A stretch of DNA of 63,208 nucleotides, the filler included, from Octopus bimaculoides (lineage: Eukaryota): NCBI RefSeq assembly GCF_001194135.2. It is 4 parts of 4 records of this genome, joined end to end, with 100 filler letters (N's around TTAATTAATTAA, not from the genome) between each part and the next. Parts side by side here need not be neighbours in the genome. Positions count along the whole stretch, not along the records: positions 50,680 to 63,208 come from NC_068991.1; 3 more parts are not named here. The stretch is one strand, 5' to 3'. Below, in pieces: positions 51,366 to 63,208 of the stretch. The notes under the pieces were generated by a model that made no database searches, was not told where the DNA came from, and saw only the letters and a program-made list of their open reading frames with translations. How positions within the stretch are numbered: the stretch's first letter is position 1; every line of letters begins with the position of its first letter. The translations under genes and the position numbers were made by a program.

Positions 51366-51883
51366 ACGATAGACAACTATTCTCACAAATATAAACAGAC
51401 AGAAAGGGGGAAGAGAAAGAAGTAGAGAGAGGAATGAAGCGTCAAACGAAAGAAACATTAAAACGGTTGGTGTCAAAGAAGACAGCGTCGAATCACCGGC
51501 GCCAAAACGCCTGTGCCGAAATGTCTTATGCACTCTTTAAGTGGATCCCGTAAACGAAAATAGAGAGCCAGAGGATGATATTAAACAATATATAGATTAT
51601 ATTTATTCTTCAGAATCAGAAATAGCCTCTCTGACGGACATCCATACAACATCTATCGCAATGATTTGATCCAGACAAGATTATGTTATGTTAGGATGCA
51701 CATATGCCCAGCATTGTCACAGAAAGTGAGTGGACTCGAAATCACGAAGTTTTGAAGCAGCGAATATTTTAACCACGCTGCTATGGTTACAATATAGAGT
51801 GAGAGACAGAAGGGGGAAGTGACATAGAAAGAAAGAGAGAGAGAGAGCTACATAGATACAATGATAAATAAATAGATAGAGAA

Positions 51884-51946
<63 letters not shown>

Positions 51947-52441
51947 TGGACGCACCAGAGTGTCTTATATGAATATATATATGTCTATATATGTGTATGT
52001 TAGTCTGAATGTATGAATGTGTTTGTGTATGTGTATGTGGTTGTGTGTATGCGTGCGTGTCTGTGTGTGTGTGAGTTTTGTATGTGTGTGTTTTGCGTGT
52101 GTGCGTAAGAAATGAATTATCTTCGTCAGATTTCCAGCCTTGATTAAAACATCTTAAACAAATAAATCAATTAATACAGCCAGAATGATCGATTAACGTA
52201 TGGCGATCAATGAAACCCAATTAAAGAAGAATAGATAGTGATCGGCCCTAACTTTTGGCCCCGTTCACATTGGTGCTGTTCATCTTGTATTTGTTGCTGT
52301 TGTTGTTGTTGTCGCTGCTGTTGCTGCTGCTGTTGCTGCTGCTGTTGCTGCTGTCGGTGGTGGTGCTACTGTAGCAGACGATGTTGATATTTTGCACTTC
52401 CTGCTGCTAATGATGATGATGATGATGATGATGATATTGGC

Positions 52442-52472
<31 letters not shown>

Positions 52473-52554
52473 TCCTACTGCTGCTGCTTAGAATATTGTT
52501 GATGTTATCTTTAAACTCATCATAATTCTTGTTATTACTTTTTACTGCTCGTAA

Positions 52555-53830
52555 AGGTGGCGTGATAGTAGAATCGTTAACGTGTCTGACAAGATGCTTA
52601 GTGTCATTTCTTCCGGCTCATTAGGTTTCGAGTTCAAATTTCGACCGTAGTCGACTTCGATTTTCATCCCTTTCAGGGTCGATAAAATGTATATCAATTC
52701 AGAACTAGGGTCGAAGTAACTTACACGTCCCCACCCACTCGAAATTGCTGGCTTTGTGTCCAAATTTGAAGCCGATATAAGTAGTAGCAGTAATAAGGCA
52801 GTGAATAGGTAGAGTCGTTAGTAGGTCGGACAAAATGCTCAGCAGCATTTCGTCCGTGATTACGTTCTCAGTTCAAATTTCAGCCGAGGTTGACTTTGTC
52901 TTTTATCTTTTCGGGGTCGATAAAATAAGTACCAGTTGAATACTGGGGTTGATGTAATTGACTACCTCCTTGTCGCAAAATTTCAGGCCTTGTGCCTTTA
53001 TCTGAAAATACGAAGCGAAGTCACAATTTATCTGCACTTTCGCACTAACATATCTTTATTATTGTCACACTGCCTTCTGCGCATGCGTGCTTATAGTTGG
53101 TACTATTGTGGTCACGTGATCGAAGATTGGGCCTGATCGCGCCATTTTTTTCTTTCTGGCTTTACAGCGTAAAGCATTGCCACTCCACTGGCAATGCGCA
53201 CCAAAGAAGAACAAATGGCAGTGATCGAATTTCTCAGGTCGAAAGGTGTGTCAGGTGTTGAAATTCATTGGAGGCTTTTAACACAATACAGGGGCGGTGC
53301 ACAATCGCATAGATGTGTGTTTGAACGGATTCGGGAAGTTTAAAAGCAGCCGGACAAGCATGTCAATTTTTGATTTCTCCTCGTATTATTAGATGTGACG
53401 AGCGAGCAGAATCGTTAGCGCAACGGACTAAGTGCTTAGCAGTATGTCTTCCAACTCTTTACGTCGTGAGTTCGGATTCCCTCGAAGTCTTCTTTTATCG
53501 TTTTAGGGATCGATGGAATAAAGTACCAGTCATGTATTGGGGTAGACAGTGTTGATTAATTATCCCCATTTCCTCAACATTCGTGACTTTGTGTCAGAAT
53601 TAGAAAAGAACATTTATATTGTTTTGTTTAGGTGGCGAGATGGCGAAATAACAAGAACATTAAAAATAATACGTTGCAAAATTTGACCGAATCTTGACGT
53701 TCTTAGTTCGAAACCCATCACGGTCAACTTTGCTTTTTATCCTCCCAATTTCAATATAATACGATAACAGTTATGTACTGGAGTCAATGCAATCGACCAA
53801 ACATTTTACTCTCAACACTAATGGCTCTGC
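52555..53830 (+). mobile_element. Four same-orientation SINE family A copies (about 52555, 52795, 53395, 53630) interrupted by a mariner remnant
   Basis: Repeated ggcg..ctggcagaatcgttag / gagttcaaatt / gtcgataaaataagtacc modules. Confidence 0.75.
53010..53360 (+). mobile_element. Mariner 5' remnant (HTH)
   Basis: MRTKEEQMAVIEFLRSKGVSGVEIHWRLLTQY resembles the EQRAVIxFL..EG....EIHRRL..QYG N-terminus. Confidence 0.75.
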
Positions 53831-53979
53831 ACCTAAATCAGGAGTCATTTATACTGGTGGTGTTTTTTTTATTCTTTCAACCCCAGGTTCAGTTCGTTGG
53901 TGGCACAGCCGTTGTCGTACAGCCTATTTGGTGTCTGATTTGACGCAGACTTATTTGACATAAGCTGTTTTAATGCTTC

Positions 53980-54043
53980 TCTCGTTCTCTCTTTCTCTTT
54001 CTTTCTTTCTCACTCTTTCTTTCTTTCTTTCTCTCTCTTTCTC

Positions 54044-54135
<92 letters not shown>
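53980..54135. repeat. (CT)n microsatellite
   Basis: Directly visible. Confidence 0.95.
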
Positions 54136-54140
<5 letters not shown>

Positions 54141-54294
54141 GTTTATGTATCTAGTTATGCTTCTATGCATAATGTCTCTCCCTCTTTCTCAATATTTTCC
54201 TCTCTCTATCTCTATCTCCTTCTCTTTACATCAGTGAACAGATCTCTCTTTATGTGAATAAGGAAAGGGCAAACATGCATGTGCGTGTAAATTT

Positions 54295-54435
54295 ACAGAA
54301 AAACAAAAAACGAAGACAGGTGTATGAGCAACAAGCAGGTATATTAGTTTGACGCTCGGGAAAGTGAGAAAGTCTTTTACGTTTCAGGCCTACGCTCTTC
54401 AACAGAAAGTATTAAGAGAATATAAACTGAGAGAA
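54295..54435 (-). mobile_element. Penelope-like terminal repeat (family of 5896-6060)
   Basis: cgaagacagg...tttgacgctcggg...acgtttcaggcctacgctcttcaacagaaag. Confidence 0.6.
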
Positions 54436-54459
54436 CATATATATATATATATATATATA

Positions 54460-54607
54460 TATACAACGAGCTTCTTTCAGTTTCCGTCTATCAAATCCAC
54501 TTACGAGGCTATAGTAGGAGATACTTGTCCAAGGTGCCATGAGTGGGACTGAACCAGGAACCATATAGTTGGGAAGCAAGCTTCTTACGACACAGTCACT
54601 CCTGCGC
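54460..54607 (-). mobile_element. SINE family C, head half
   Basis: acgagcttctttcagtttccgtctatcaaatccac...gggactgaacc. Confidence 0.8.
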
Positions 54608-54861
54608 CTAACAGTAGGTTTAGTACTAAGAAATTCTACGAGCAGAAAAATACTTTTTGCGGTATACCTAGTGAAATCCACTAAGCTGATCCGTATTAAG
54701 AAGCTTCGTTTGAAGGCACCGTGAAACACCATTTTTGTTGTTGTAATTGTTGTTGCTGTTGCTGCTGCTGCTGGTGTGTGTTGCCTTCGTCGTCATTGTT
54801 GTTGCTATTGCCGTTGCGGTTGTTACCGACATTCATTTCCTTGTAATATTACAGTTGTAAG

Positions 54862-55075
54862 AGGACGGCGAACATGCAGAACTTTACTGAGGAAAATGCT
54901 TAGCGACATTTCTTCAATCTTCACCTTCTGAGTTCAAATTCCACCGATGTTGACTTTACCGTTCATATTTTCGGTGTCGATAAAATAAGTACGAATGGAG
55001 CACTGGGATCGATGTAATCGACTATTCCCCCTCCCCGAAATTGCTGGCCATGTGCCAAAATTTGAAATCAATATT
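54862..55075 (+). mobile_element. SINE family A
   Basis: gagttcaaattccaccg...gtcgataaaataagt...aaattgctggccatgtgcc. Confidence 0.78.
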
Positions 55076-55089
55076 GCAGTTGTAACGTA

Positions 55090-55370
55090 TGAAGGTGCGT
55101 TGCTTAGTGGTTAGAGTGTTGCACTAACGATCTCTAGTTCATGGGTTCGATTCCCGGACCGGGCGACAGGTAGAAAGAATCCTTGAGTAAAACACTTCCT
55201 TTCACGCTGCGCCAGTCCACTCATCTGTAAATAGGTAACATTCCGATTAGGAAGAATATTGACCGGTTCGCCTATCCAGCAGGGTGGCGGCGTTCGAAAG
55301 CTAAAACCAATGCGAAACGCATTCTGACCACCAGCGATGTATAACAATATCCGATTATCTGGTCGATACC
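55090..55370 (+). mobile_element. tRNA-derived SINE related to family D
   Basis: Head ttagtggttagagtgttgc...gggttcgattcccgg (A/B boxes). Confidence 0.65.
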
Positions 55371-55904
55371 GTCATAACGTTGCAATATGATTACAGTTGT
55401 CAATAGTATAGCCTCGTTTTTCACTGATACATTCATCACTGATCTGGAATAATGCGGTAATCTCAATTGTGAATCATATTACGCTTATCACAGATTGACC
55501 GTGATTGCGCGGGTCGGCAAATCAGTCGAGGATTCTACTTGCATGACAAAAGCGCGTCTCAATGACCACACACAATGCTCAGCTATCCAGAATTCACTGA
55601 CTATTGGTGGAATTTACATGACTATGATGAGAGGCTACGTATTTTTTATATAGATTTATCTATGAAGACACATGGCTCAGTGGTTAGAGCGAAGGGCTCA
55701 CAATCATGAGGTAGTGAGTTTGATTCCAGTACCTGTTTTTTTGCTGAGTTCTTGAGCAAGACACTTGTAATGCGAGGTATGTTCTCCTGTTGGGTATCCG
55801 TCCTGTAGAGTACATGTAGTGGTAGTTTATTTTATTGCATATTTACTGTATAGCATGTGTCTTAGATTTGAGGATTCTTTTATTTGGGTTGTACTATTGA
55901 ATTG

Positions 55905-56240
55905 TGAAGGCGCATGACTCAGTGGTTAGAACGACGAGCTTACGATCGTGAGGTTGTGAGTTCGATTCCCGGACTGCGCTGCGTGTTGTGTTCTTGAGCA
56001 AGACACTTTATTTCACGTCGCTCCAGTTCACTCAGCTCTAGAAATGAGCTGCGACGTCACTGATGCGAAGCTGTCTCGGTCTTTTGCCTTGGATAACATC
56101 GGTGGTGTGGAGAGAGAGAGAGAAGCTGGTATGCATGGGCGACAGCTGGTCTTCTATAAACAACCTTGCCTGAACTAGTGTCTCGTAGGAGAACTTTCTA
56201 AGTTCAATCCCATGGTCATTCATGAATAAAATTGGGGTGG
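55905..56240 (+). mobile_element. tRNA-derived SINE family D
   Basis: gaaggcgcatgactcagtggttag...gagttcgattcccgg; highly similar to 61918-62257. Confidence 0.85.
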
Positions 56241-57102
56241 TCTTTAACCAGCTCGTATCCATCAACATGGTATCAATGAGCAAAAAATATATGAAGACAC
56301 CTGATCCTAACAAAAGATGTAGATGAGAGTGTATTCTCTAGAATAAAAGATAAAGATGATTAAGGAAATACGTGACGTTGAAATCTTCGCTGTTGAGGGC
56401 CGTGAAATTGGTTTTCCATGAATCATATAATTCATTCTAATCCGAAGACGCCTGATTCTAACAAACGGTGCAGATGAGTATATTCTCTACAATAGAAGGT
56501 AGAGACGATCGGGAAAATATGTAACGGTAGAAGCTTCGCTGCTGTGGACCGAGTGTATGGTATTAATAAATCTATCATTCATTCCTATTACAAAGTGCAT
56601 GAAAATTATTAACTTATCACGGATTCACTCATCACGGTGTTTGCTGTTTTATAACCAGTCTCCCTTGATAAACGCGGATGAATGCAGTACAGTAACTGGA
56701 GCATTACACTGGTTAAAAAAGACGTTATTTTTGTTGATATTGTTGTTGTTGTCGTCGTCGTTTTTTGGTTCTTGTTGCTGATGTTTTTTCTCTCACTTTG
56801 CTCAGTCCACGTAGCTGTAAAATAGACGCCACATGGAAGCATACTTAGTAACCCATAGAGTGCGTGGTTATGTGAGTGAAGGGGAGGGGAGGGGATCTAA
56901 GTGCTCATATCGTTGATAGTGATGATGATGACAGCAACAACAGCCAAAGATGGTGGTGGTGATGATGACGACGAATAGGATGAAGATGATATCGATTGCT
57001 ATGTGCCTTGATGAAGGAGGTGATGAAGAAATGGCGTTAATATTTGACGATAATGATCTTAATGAGCGTAAGATTGACGACGATGATAATGATGATGAGG
57101 AC

Positions 57103-57150
<48 letters not shown>

Positions 57151-58380
57151 TATTTTTGTTGTTCTTGTGATTAACATTATGAGTTGTGAAGTGGTGGTGT
57201 TCATGATGATGACGACGAAACATCATCATCATCATCATTGTCAAAATGACGATGACAATGTTGCTGGAGATGATGATTACAACAAGGATGATGATGATTA
57301 TGCTGCTGCTACTGCTGCTGCTGCTACTGGTGATGATGATGATGATGAGGAGGAGGAGGGGCAGGAGGAGGATAAAAAAGGAAGAAGATATAGAGGAAAT
57401 GAAGAAAACATAATGGAAGAGGGTANNNNNNNNNNNNNNNNNNNNNNNNNNNNNNNNNNNNNNNNNNNNNNNNNNNNNNNNNNNNNNNNNNNNNNNNNNN
57501 NNNNNNNNNNNNNNNNNNNNNNNNNNNNNNNNNNNNNNNNNNNNNNNNNNNNNNNNNNNNNNNNNNNNNNNNNNNNNNNNNNNNNNNNNNNNNNNNNNNN
57601 NNNNNNNNNNNNNNNNNNNNNNNNNNNNNNNNNNNNNNNNNNNNNNNNNNNNNNNNNNNNNNNNNNNNNNNNNNNNNNNNNNNNNNNNNNNNNNNNNNNN
57701 NNNNNNNNNNNNNNNNNNNNNNNNNNNNNNNNNNNNNNNNNNNNNNNNNNNNNNNNNNNNNNNNNNNNNNNNNNNNNNNNNNNNNNNNNNNNNNNNNNNN
57801 NNNNNNNNNNNNNNNNNNNNNNNNNNNNNNNNNNNNNNNNNNNNNNNNNNNNNNNNNNNNNNNNNNNNNNNNNNNNNNNNNNNNNNNNNNNNNNNNNNNN
57901 NNNNNNNNNNNNNNNNNNNNNNNNNNNNNNNNNNNNNNNNNNNNNNNNNNNNNNNNNNNNNNNNNNNNNNNNNNNNNNNNNNNNNNNNNNNNNNNNNNNN
58001 NNNNNNNNNNNNNNNNNNNNNNNNNNNNNNNNNNNNNNNNNNNNNNNNNNNNNNNNNNNNNNNNNNNNNNNNNNNNNNNNNNNNNNNNNNNNNNNNNNNN
58101 NNNNNNNNNNNNNNNNNNNNNNNNNNNNNNNNNNNNNNNNNNNNNNNNNNNNNNNNNNNNNNNNNNNNNNNNNNNNNNNNNNNNNNNNNNNNNNNNNNNN
58201 NNNNNNNNNNNNNNNNNNNNNNNNNNNNNNNNNNNNNNNNNNNNNNNNNNNNNNNNNNNNNNNNNNNNNNNNNNNNNNNNNNNNNNNNNNNNNNNNNNNN
58301 NNNNNNNNNNNNNNNNNNNNNNNNNNNNNNNNNNNNNNNNNNNNNNNNNNNNNNNNNNNNNNNNNNNNNNNNNNNNNNNN

Positions 58381-58960
58381 GGTCGACTTTGCCTTTCATC
58401 CTTTCGGGCTCGATAAATTAAGTACCAGTTACGCACTGGTGTCGATGTAATCGACTTAATCCCTTTGTCTGTCCTTGTTTGTCCCCTCTATGTTTAGCTC
58501 CTTGTGGGCAATAAAGAAATAAGAACAGTTCAGCACGCCAGCCATAATCATTAGCGGCAATTCGCCCGTCGTTGCGTTCTGGGTTCAAATTACGCCGGAA
58601 TTGACTTTGCCTTTCATTCTTTGAGGGTCGATGAAATAAGTACCAGTTAATCACTGAGGTCGATGTAATTGACTTACCCTCTCCCCTAAATTTGCTGGCC
58701 ATGTGCCAGAATTTAAAGTCGATATTATTGTTATTATTCACTTCGTCTGAACGGCGAGTTGGCAGAAGTTTAGCACGCCATATAATATGGTTAGCAGTAA
58801 TTCGTCGGTTATTACGTTCTGAGCAAAAATTCCGTCATGGCCGTCTTGGCCTTTCATCCTTTCGATATAGTAAGGATGAAATGCAAAGTAGACCCTGGTG
58901 GCATTGGAACCCAGAACGAAAAGATGGACGAAATACTGCTAAGCATTTTGCTCAAAGAAC
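58381..58960. mobile_element. Cluster of SINE family A copies and fragments
   Basis: Three plus-strand modules and one minus-strand head are visible. Confidence 0.72.
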
Positions 58961-59148
58961 GATGAGAGTAGTTGTTTTACCTTTCGAGCATAGCTCTTCT
59001 TCGGAAACAAGAAAGTCCAAAGGGAAAGATGGAAAAAGGAACGAAAGTATAACCAAGAGTCCACGTACGGTTACATTTCTGAAGTGACCGGAAGTCGAAT
59101 GAATGAAAAGAAAGTGGTTTCTGTGACAGGTAAGTGTGAAGATGGTCG

Positions 59149-59187
<39 letters not shown>

Positions 59188-60671
59188 TGCGTGTGTGTGT
59201 GTGTGCGTGCGTGTGTGTGTGTGTGCGTGCGTGTGGTGATAACTCTGGGTGTGCATTTGTGGTGGATNNNNNNNNNNNNNNNNNNNNNNNNNNNNNNNNN
59301 NNNNNNNNNNNNNNNNNNNNNNNNNNNNNNNNNNNNNNNNNNNNNNNNNNNNNNNNNNNNNNNNNNNNNNNNNNNNNNNNNNNNNNNNNNNNNNNNNNNN
59401 NNNNNNNNNNNNNNNNNNNNNNNNNNNNNNNNNNNNNNNNNNNNNNNNNNNNNNNNNNNNNNNNNNNNNNNNNNNNNNNNNNNNNNNNNNNNNNNNNNNN
59501 NNNNNNNNNNNNNNATATATATATATATATATATATATAGTGTCCGTAGCCTGATCCAGTTTTTTTCTTAATACCTATATTCTGGTTTTCATATCCGCTT
59601 ACTTAATCGTGCTATTCAATCAATAATTGTTTGAAAGAAACATCATATATTCTACTTTCACTTTCGAATGAATGATTTCATGTGAGTGTGTGTGTGTTTG
59701 TGTATGTGTATGTGTGCCTTTCTCTACATCTGTGTGCATCTGTGTTTCTATGTGTTTGTGTGAGTGAATGTGCATGTGTGTGCGTGTGCGCGTTTGTGTT
59801 TATGTTTATATTGTTTCTCATTGTAAAAATGCTTTTTTTTTTTCATTTCGCCTCTTATAATCTATAACGTTTTACGTTTCTCCTTGTTTTGTGGCCGCCA
59901 TGTTTTTGTAGATTTTTTTTTTTTCTTGTGATGTTATTGTTGTTTACGTTGTTGACGTTGATGTTCTTGTTACAGCAGCAAATAAGGATGTGTATAACGA
60001 CGGTTACGATGCGAATGATCATGATAGTGTTACTTATTGAGATTCCGGCATTTTGTGTGTTCTTACGTATCGATTACACACTTCGGGTTGCTTTTGTATT
60101 TGTATTTAGCACTGACAGAGGATTCCTTTGGCGTACTTTGTATCTCAACTGTTACTCTCTCAGTCCCATAAACATCGACGCCACCACCTCCACCACCACC
60201 ACCACCACCACCATCTCCATTACCTTCAGTACCAACAGGCCACCACCACCACCGCCTCAATAACAACAACAACCGCCACCACTACAAACACCACCACAGA
60301 CACCATCACCAGAAACACCACCACAACTACTGTCATCGTCGTTTTGGCTGTCATCATCATCATCATCATCATCATCTTCCTTATCACTCTCCTCTTCATT
60401 CCTCTCTTCCTCATCATCATCACCACAATCTTTTTGCTTATATGTGTGTGTGTGTGTGTGTGTGTGATCTTGAGTGCGTGTTAGTTGAGTGTGGGTGTGC
60501 ATGTGTTTGTATGTATGTATGTATGTATGCATTGTGTGCGCGTGTGTGTGTATGTATGCATAGCTTCTATATTGAGCCCTTGCCTATCTTCATCTCACAC
60601 ACAAATACACAGAGAAATACGTGTACAAACACACACACACATACACACACACACGCGCGCGCGCGCGCGCG

Positions 60672-60746
<75 letters not shown>

Positions 60747-61778
60747 TGAAAGGGGGAGGCATGTAGTCACGTCTGTCGTCAGTGTCTGCATTAACTACAG
60801 TGGCAAAGAAGGCGGTCTCGCTCCTGATGGAGATGACGATGATGACGATGATGACGATTATCACTACGGTGACGACGATGATGATTGATTAACGTTTTTT
60901 TTCTTATTGCGCAATCCAACAATCCATTACCGTAATATAACATTGCATTTTCTAATACAGCAAAAATACTTATTTACTCCCAGTATTATTACATACACAA
61001 ATATGATATAACATAATATAATATAATATAATATAATATGATACAATATAATATAATATAATATGGTATAGTATATATTTGCTCTTATCATTCTCTCCAA
61101 GTGTGATGCTTTTCAATTAAAACATGCTTTCCCTAATACTTCGATAATACGGTTGGATTGCATTTATTTATTCGTTGTCGCTGGCTGCTTATTCATATTA
61201 ATGGATATATTTGTATATATACCACGGATAAACATTGTGTGTGCGTATATATATATATATATATGTGTGTATGTATGTATGTATGTATGTATGTATGTAT
61301 ATTTCTGTGGTATTTCTTATTATAATTGATGATATTATTTCGTAAATTTGCTGCGTTCTTTCCCGCCCTGGTAATAGATATTATCATTTTTAATAACGTT
61401 ATGGCTGTTATTAACTATCATTATTGCTTTTCTTGTCGTTATTATCATCATTATTATTACCATTATTATTGGTGCTGTTGTTATTCTTGTCATTCTTGTT
61501 ATTATTCCCATCCTTATTATCATCACTACGACTTCCACTTTCATCATCGTCATCATCGTCGTCGTCAACATTCGACATCCGATACTTTCAGGCAGATTTC
61601 TACTGCAGCATCTTCTACACCTCCGTGTTGCTGGGGGGTGTGCAGCATTTTGTATTTTTTTTTTTTTTCTGTATGGGGAGTACAATCTTTTCCCGGTGTT
61701 GTATTATATCAATTTGCTTCGTTATGGCGTTTGGTTGTAGTCTTTCGTTGTATTAGTATTTGCAGTGTGTGTTGCGTG

Positions 61779-62420
61779 TGTAATGCGAGGTGTGTTCTCC
61801 TGTTGGGTATCCGTCCTGTAGAGTACATGTTGTGGTAGTTTATTTTATAGCACATTTACTGTATAGCGTGTGCCTTAGATTTGGGGATTCTTTTATTTGG
61901 GTTGTACTATTGAATTGTGAAGGCGCATGGCTCAGAGGTTAGACCGACGTGCTTACGATCGTGAGGTTGTGAGTTCGATTCCCGGACCGGGCTGCGTGTT
62001 GTGTTCTTGAGCAAGACATTTTATTTCACGTTGCTCCAGTTAACTCAGCAGTAGAAATGAGTTGCGACCTCACTGATACCAAGCTGTATTGGCCTTTGCC
62101 TTTCCCTTGGATAACATCAGTGGCGTGGAGAGGGGTGGTCGGTATGCATGGGCAACTGATGGTCTTCCATGAACAACGTTGCCCGGACTTGTGCCTCGGA
62201 GGGTAACTTTGTAGGTGCAATTCCATAATCATTCATGAACAAAAGGAAGGACCTCAAACTATTGAATTGATAGTGCCTTGTGCAGGATGTGGGCTGTTCT
62301 TAGCAGAGCCTATGTTTTGGATAGTGTGTAGTGTTGAGGGTCCAGATATAGCTCCTACGTTTTCGTTCATATGTCTTTTATCATAGGAAATGTTCCCATT
62401 ATCACTGGTATTGCTTCTAC
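61779..62420 (-). mobile_element. 3' end of an R4/Dong-like LINE (host of the SINE D insertion)
   Basis: 62270-62420 translates, with frameshifts, to IPVIMGT...IQNI ALLRTAHILHKALSIQ*, resembling the PVxIGALG...QKxALLGTAxILRKVL RLE C-terminus. The putative 3' UTR continues at 61779-61917. Confidence 0.6.
61918..62257 (+). mobile_element. SINE family D with a 12-bp target-site duplication ACTATTGAATTG
   Basis: TSD at 61906-61917 and 62258-62269. Confidence 0.88.
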
Positions 62421-62427
62421 TAGATGC

Positions 62428-62612
62428 AGCAGGAAAAAGTGAGAGAAAGTCGTGGCGAAACAGTCAGCAGAAGTACGCCATTATCTTCTCGCCGGAACCG
62501 CGTGGAGCTAAGGTATTTCGCTCATAAACACACACATCAGCCGGTCTGAGATTCGAACCCATGATCCCTCGACCACGAGTTCGCTACTCTAACCGCTAGG
62601 TCATGTACCTCC
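62428..62612 (-). mobile_element. SINE head related to family B
   Basis: Reverse complement gaggtacatgacctagcggttagagtagcg...gggttcgaatctcagaccgg. Confidence 0.7.
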
Positions 62613-62639
62613 CCAAATTCTCAATATAGCGGACAATAT

Positions 62640-62687
62640 CATCATCATCATCATCATCATCATCATTATTATTATTATTATTATTAA

Positions 62688-62765
<78 letters not shown>

Positions 62766-62768
62766 CAT
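62640..62768. repeat. (CAT)n/(ATT)n microsatellite
   Basis: Directly visible. Confidence 0.95.
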
Positions 62769-63208
62769 TGTTCAGTAGTTTTATTTTTATAACTTGCTTT
62801 CACTTCACTACCGAGCGCAGCTCTGTGTGCCTTGGGTATGTGCTATGATTATTATTATTATTACCACAACCATCATAATTATCATCATCCTCATCATCAA
62901 CAAGAACAACAACTTTAACACAAGAACTGACGTAACTGCGCCTGTTTTCAACAACAACTTTGATGATTGTCTTCTTTATCGGCCAATATTCTTCCTTGCT
63001 ATTCGCTTTGCTTTTAGTCCTGGCTACTGTAATAGATTTATTTCTTGTTTCGTATATATATATATTTTTTTTCTGTTTAGCATATTTATTTGTCGCTGTT
63101 TATCGCCATTGGTAATGTTCCGTATTACCTTTCATTGTGCTCATAACGACAACGTCTATGCTGAAGACGACTGGGTCGCTAATGATGACGATGATGATGG
63201 TAGTGGTG

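Overview
Repeat-rich, AT-rich eukaryotic scaffold with many N gaps, most likely from an octopus genome. That assignment is an inference from the tRNA-derived SINE families, the microsatellite load and the TTAATTAATTAA gap linkers. One intact protein-coding gene is supported: a minus-strand, two-coding-exon ANL-superfamily (AMP-forming acyl-CoA synthetase/luciferase-like) enzyme, join(19906..20051, 16364..17804), about 528 aa, with a canonical phase-2 GT-AG intron. The rest is mostly decayed retrotransposons (RTE, CR1-like, Hero, R4/Dong, Tx1/L1), mariner, hAT, TTAA-MITE and Helitron remnants, several SINE families and simple repeats. The most notable unexplained signal is a set of about ten type I hammerhead-ribozyme-like motifs, probably Penelope-like element termini. 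These include an inverted pair at 3963-4011/4291-4341 whose combined consensus is a fully canonical hammerhead. Most ORFs in the supplied track are microsatellite or gap artefacts.
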